Source of the DNA: a virus
Taxonomy: Duplodnaviria > Caudoviricetes
Virus record (IMG/VR): IMGVR_UViG_3300037714_000157
Span: 1-29,893 of that record
Strand: one strand, 5' to 3'
Length of the DNA: 29,893 nucleotides
Below, one piece after another: positions 26,741 to 29,893 of the stretch. A program made the position numbers and the translations under genes. Position 1 is the stretch's first letter; every line of letters begins with the position of its first letter. The notes beneath the pieces were generated by a model. The model was not told where the DNA came from, searched no databases, and saw nothing but the letters and a program-made list of their open reading frames with translations.

Positions 26741-26980
26741 ATGTCTGAAACGAAGGTCAACGTGAGGCCACGGGTTGCTGCGGTCCAGGACACCGGCAAT
26801 CCCGTGTTCGACGCCACCGTCAATCTGGCGATGGGCGCCGGCATCTGCGGCGTCAATTCGCTGAAACAAATTCACCAAACCATGCTGGAGCTTTACGAGC
26901 AGGAACCGAAGCCAGCCCCGAAAAAGTCGCGGGCCTTTCAGCCGGCGGTCGATTCGGTTGAGGAACTCGGGGCCCGCTGA
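26741..26980 (+). CDS. 79-aa hypothetical protein ending in VEELGAR
   Basis: Strong AAGGAG RBS; its C-terminal heptapeptide is identical to that of TerL. Confidence 0.7.
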   Translation: MSETKVNVRPRVAAVQDTGNPVFDATVNLAMGAGICGVNSLKQIHQTMLELYEQEPKPAPKKSRAFQPAVDSVEELGAR

Positions 26981-27144
26981 TCTTCGGCTTCCGGGAATGC
27001 TGCGACCAAATCGCAAAATTCGTCGCGCCGTTCACCGTGAACCACGATCCCAGTTTCGAGCACCAGCCGCGACGGACTCACCGCGATCACCCGAGACAAG
27101 TCCACGGCACAGGAACCAAAACGACGCACTGAAGTTTCGAGCAT
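26938..27144 (-). CDS. 68-aa hypothetical protein
   Basis: GGAGGT RBS before ATG 27144; converges on and overlaps the 79-aa gene by 43 nt. Confidence 0.5.
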   Translation of the reverse strand: MLETSVRRFGSCAVDLSRVIAVSPSRLVLETGIVVHGERRDEFCDLVAAFPEAEDQRAPSSSTESTAG

Positions 27145-27269
27145 TGAAAACACCTCCGTACCCGCTGCCCTGTCGGTCAGCACTATTTGACAGAACGAAA
27201 CCACGCTGCTGGCCGGTCCCGACGTTTTTTGTGTGACAACTGATTCGTTTGGCCGGTCCAGCAGCCTAT

Positions 27270-27299
27270 TTGACAGACGCTAACACATTACGTTATAGT
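27270..27299 (+). promoter_or_regulatory. sigma70 promoter of the XRE gene with an imperfect operator
   Basis: TTGACA-18nt-TATAGT, containing GCTAACACATTACGTTATA. Confidence 0.65.
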
Positions 27300-27307
27300 C
27301 GGAGGTT

Positions 27308-27583
27308 ATGCAAGCTGTGATTACTGAAGAACAACTGAGGCTCAATTTGTCGGCGAATCTCGGCAAGGTGCTCAAGGAACGCACGCTCACTCAGTCGGAT
27401 TTGGCGAGACTAATCCAGGAGAAGGACGAGGATTTGCAGGCCGCTCGTATGCGAGCGCACCGCTACGTTCACGGCTTGGTCAGTCCTGAACCAGCCCGCT
27501 TGGCGAATCTCGCCGAAGTGCTTGCTGTAACCGTGGATTGGCTGATTTCTGGCGGTCGAAGAAAATCTCGCCACGCGGGCTAA
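27308..27583 (+). CDS. XRE/Cro-CI family HTH regulator
   Basis: NLGKVLKERTLTQSDLARLI...RYVHG...P....LANLAEVLAVTVDWLI; GGAGG RBS. Confidence 0.85.
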   Translation: MQAVITEEQLRLNLSANLGKVLKERTLTQSDLARLIQEKDEDLQAARMRAHRYVHGLVSPEPARLANLAEVLAVTVDWLISGGRRKSRHAG

Positions 27584-27590
27584 AAGCCTA

Positions 27591-27619
27591 TTGACGTATA
27601 ACGCATAGCGTTATATCAT
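27591..27619 (+). promoter_or_regulatory. sigma70 promoter of the Cas12-like gene with a perfect palindromic operator
   Basis: TTGACG-17nt-TATCAT; TATAACGC-ATA-GCGTTATA at 27597-27615. Confidence 0.8.
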
Positions 27620-27655
27620 AGCCGACGTCACACAAAAGACGTCGGCTTTCTTTCT
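27620..27655 (+). terminator. Intrinsic terminator-like hairpin after the XRE gene
   Basis: AGCCGACGTC-acacaaaa-GACGTCGGCT (10-bp stem) followed by TTCTTTCT. Confidence 0.6.
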
Positions 27656-27712
27656 GGTCATTCGACCATCTAAGCGGCCGGCACCCTTTCGCCACTCACG
27701 CCGAGCCCCCGC

Positions 27713-29047
27713 ATGGCCGCTCCCGCGACTGACCAACTGACTGCCACGTGCGCCCTGTGCGGCCGCGTCCGCAAGGCCAAGCCCAACCGCGCCGGCGGCG
27801 TCAAGACGCCCAAGGGCTGGCGGCGAGTCGCTGACGGGCTGCTCTGCAACGGGCACTTCGGCCGCGACTCCTGTATCGCGGCGAGATACTATACGCGATC
27901 GATCCGCGTCGAGATTCGCGGCCTGGCTGCCGGCGAAGAGCGGGCGGTTGAAGAGTTTCGGCTGGCGCTCTCGGCTGCCGCGCGGTCTGCTGCCGAATAC
28001 GGCAACTGGTTTTTGCAGCGGCTGTTCACGGCCGATCCTGCGGCAATGACGGACCGCGCCACGTGGCCGACCACCAAAGACGGCAAACCGAAGCTGCCGC
28101 CGCTGCCAGTGGTCGACGGTTATCAGCCGAAGCGCTTCCCCGGCATGTCGCCGGCGAGCTGCTCGGCGCTGATGCAGATGGTCCGCGGCTGGTATAGCGA
28201 GCGACGATTCGAGTTGTTCGTGACGATGGCGCGCTCGGTTGACAATTACCGGTTCGGCCGATTACCTGTCGAGGTCCGCGCCGCCGATTGGAAGATCGCC
28301 TCATACGACGCCAATAAGGGCGTTGGCGTCGTCCGCGGTCTGACGGTTGGCCCCGGAAAAAGCTGGGCCGCCAAAATCTATTGCGACGTCCGCAACCGCC
28401 AGCGTTTCGCGTTGCTCACCAGCGGCGACGCGATCCCGCTGGCGCTCAAGATCGTCCGCGGGACGAAGGAGCCGTTCCCCGGCGCGACGACGCGATCCAA
28501 GGCCTGGTTCGTCCGCGTGTCGGCGATGTTCCCGCGCAGCGAGCGGCAACGGAGCAAGTCGCTGCGGACGCTCACGCTGGGCCATGATCCGGGCTCGTTG
28601 CTATTCGGGTACCTCGACGACGTGTCGGCCGGCCGGCCGAACCAGCCAGACGACGAGACGTTCGAGTTTCACGGCGACGCAGTGCGGGAAATGATCGTCG
28701 GCGGCGACCGGTCGGATCGCCGCCGCCAGCAGGATCACAGCTTGACGCGGCCGCTGATGAGCCGCCGGAAGTTTCGGCGGTGGCGGCTTGATCGCACGCG
28801 GCGCTGCGAGAATCGCGCCAGGAAGATCGACATGCAGCTGCGATTGGCGGCGGCGGCGCTGGTCCGCTGGTGCCAACAGCGAGGCGTCGATGACGTGATC
28901 TACGACACGAGCGACCGCGGCTTCGTCCCGCACTTCCCGTACCGACGACTGCGCGACTACATCGGCTGCGGACTAGAGGCGGCCGGCGTGTCGCTGGTCA
29001 CCACTGGCGAAGCGGCGGATGCGCCGGAGAGCGAGGCCACGACATGA
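27713..29047 (+). CDS. Compact Cas12f/TnpB-like type V effector, apparently nuclease-dead and C-terminally truncated
   Basis: N-terminal Zn-finger-like Cys cluster, WED-like TRSIRVEI and KAWFVRVS strands, RuvC-I-like TLTLGHDPG, Arg-rich bridge helix, RuvC-II-like GVDDVIYDTS and FPYRRLRDYI....EAAGV. Next to an anti-repeat and CRISPR repeats. Confidence 0.75.
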   Translation: MAAPATDQLTATCALCGRVRKAKPNRAGGVKTPKGWRRVADGLLCNGHFGRDSCIAARYYTRSIRVEIRGLAAGEERAVEEFRLALSAAARSAAEYGNWFLQRLFTADPAAMTDRATWPTTKDGKPKLPPLPVVDGYQPKRFPGMSPASCSALMQMVRGWYSERRFELFVTMARSVDNYRFGRLPVEVRAADWKIASYDANKGVGVVRGLTVGPGKSWAAKIYCDVRNRQRFALLTSGDAIPLALKIVRGTKEPFPGATTRSKAWFVRVSAMFPRSERQRSKSLRTLTLGHDPGSLLFGYLDDVSAGRPNQPDDETFEFHGDAVREMIVGGDRSDRRRQQDHSLTRPLMSRRKFRRWRLDRTRRCENRARKIDMQLRLAAAALVRWCQQRGVDDVIYDTSDRGFVPHFPYRRLRDYIGCGLEAAGVSLVTTGEAADAPESEATT

Positions 29048-29099
29048 CAAATCAATGGAATCAGCGGCTTTTGTTAAGCCGAAGAGAGAAACGGACTGC

Positions 29100-29407
29100 T
29101 GGTATAGCCGGCAGCCACGTCTCCCGAAGCGCGCTGCCAATCGAGGCAGCCAAAGCCAGCCACAAGGGCAGTGCCCGCGCGGCTGGGCACGCACCGTTTT
29201 TGCGGAGCTGCTGCAACCACAAGCTGCCCGGTCGTGCCCGCGAGAGAGGAGGTGACGAGCAAAACACGGGCGTTGCTCGCGGCCCTTACGGCGCAAGGAT
29301 TTGCGCCGAAAACGGCAGTGTGCGTGATGTACGAGCGACTGCGGCCCAGAATGCCACTCGCAAAGCAGCTCGCAAGCGCAGCCGTGGGATCGAGTTGCGC
29401 TGCCTGG
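29100..29407 (+). ncRNA. Putative tracrRNA/scaffold region with an anti-repeat at 29188-29218 (boundaries approximate)
   Basis: 24/31 identity to the reverse complement of the repeat, ungapped; several hairpins, e.g. GGGCAGTGCCC and GGCGCAA-GGAT-TTGCGCC. Confidence 0.65.
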
Positions 29408-29516
29408 GGTTGCAGGCGGTCTGCAAACGAGGTGCGTGTGCAACTGTGACGCTGATGACGTTTGCCGTTTCGCCTTGCCGGTTGCAGGCGGTCTGCAAAC
29501 GAGGTGCGTGTGCAAC
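29408..29516 (+). CRISPR. Mini CRISPR array: two identical 36/37-nt repeats, one internal spacer, possibly a second trailing spacer
   Basis: (G)GTTGCAGGCGGTCTGCAAACGAGGTGCGTGTGCAAC at 29408-29444 and 29480-29516; spacer TGTGACGCTGATGACGTTTGCCGTTTCGCCTTGCC (29445-29479). Confidence 0.85.
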
Positions 29517-29631
29517 GTGGGGATGGATTTGATGTTGGAGCAGGCCGGCACGGTTTTGACCATCTTCCGTGCCGGGCGTTGGGAATAGAGGAAGCGGCCA
29601 ACGCACGGGAGGCGGTGAGCCAGGAGATTTG

Positions 29632-29680
29632 CGGCGGCGGGACGGATGGAGACGCTCAATTCCCGCCGCCGAGTTTTTAT
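29632..29680 (+). terminator. Terminator-like hairpin downstream of the array
   Basis: CGGCGGCGGGA / TCCCGCCGCCG 11-bp stem, 18-nt loop, then AGTTTTTAT. Confidence 0.5.
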
Positions 29681-29701
29681 CTATCACGGGAGGATTGACG
29701 G

Positions 29702-29893
29702 ATGACGGAGCAAGCGACGGTTGAACCGGCGAAGGTGGAGCTTGAACCCAAGCCGGTCAGCGAAGATCGGCTCAAGCTCTTGAAGGCGATGTTCGAAGCT
29801 CGCAAGGAAATGAAGACCGTCGCCATGAGCGGCGTCAACAAATTCGATAATTACGAATACTCGACCAACGCTGACTTCGTGACCTGCATCGAA
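29702..29893 (+). CDS. ERF-family ssDNA-annealing recombinase, 3'-truncated by window edge
   Basis: GGAGG RBS; translation MTEQ...LLKAMFEARKEMKTVAMSGVNKFDNYEYSTNADFVTCIE matches the ERF N-terminal pattern (N.F..Y.Y...D). Confidence 0.7.
   Translation, partial: MTEQATVEPAKVELEPKPVSEDRLKLLKAMFEARKEMKTVAMSGVNKFDNYEYSTNADFVTCIE

Noticed and set aside
27713-29047. Ordinary IS200/IS605 or IS607 TnpB transposon
   Set aside because: There is no tnpA and no evident IS ends, the nuclease C-terminus is missing, and true spaced repeats plus an anti-repeat are present.
29445-29479. Self-targeting of the spacer within this window
   Set aside because: No convincing match was found by eye on either strand; a computational search is still needed.
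29553-29590. Third, degenerate CRISPR repeat at the expected spacing
   Set aside because: Only the leading GTT matches; the rest is unrelated to the repeat.
29044-29659. ORFs of 68-228 aa on both strands over the tracr/array region
   Set aside because: They translate through repeats and hairpins, have Arg/Ala/Cys-biased composition, and are better explained as non-coding RNA.

Overview
The window is about 30 kb of a GC-rich temperate siphophage with a lambda-like head module. The host may be a planctomycete; this is inferred from protein style only. The + strand carries beta-helix and LamG-type virion accessory genes (1-5.6 kb), a cosQ-like site, then terminase, gpW-like, portal, an S49 protease-scaffold-capsid fusion, and neck and tail genes with a frameshifted chaperone and tape measure (5.9-23 kb). 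Small antisense membrane-protein 'morons' with their own sigma70 promoters are interspersed. These are followed by an excisionase-like HTH, a tyrosine integrase beside a tRNA-3'-end attP-like core, and an XRE regulator. The main finding is at 27.6-29.7 kb: a compact phage-borne type V-like CRISPR module. It has a 444-aa Cas12f/TnpB-like protein that appears nuclease-dead (RuvC-II Glu replaced, RuvC-III and TNB missing), a downstream tracrRNA-like anti-repeat, and a two-repeat mini-array with Cas14a-like GTTGCA...TGCAAC ends. There is no cas1/cas2 in the window, and the module's promoter shares an operator with the XRE gene. A partial ERF-like recombinase gene ends the window. All family calls come from motif recognition by eye, not from database searches.
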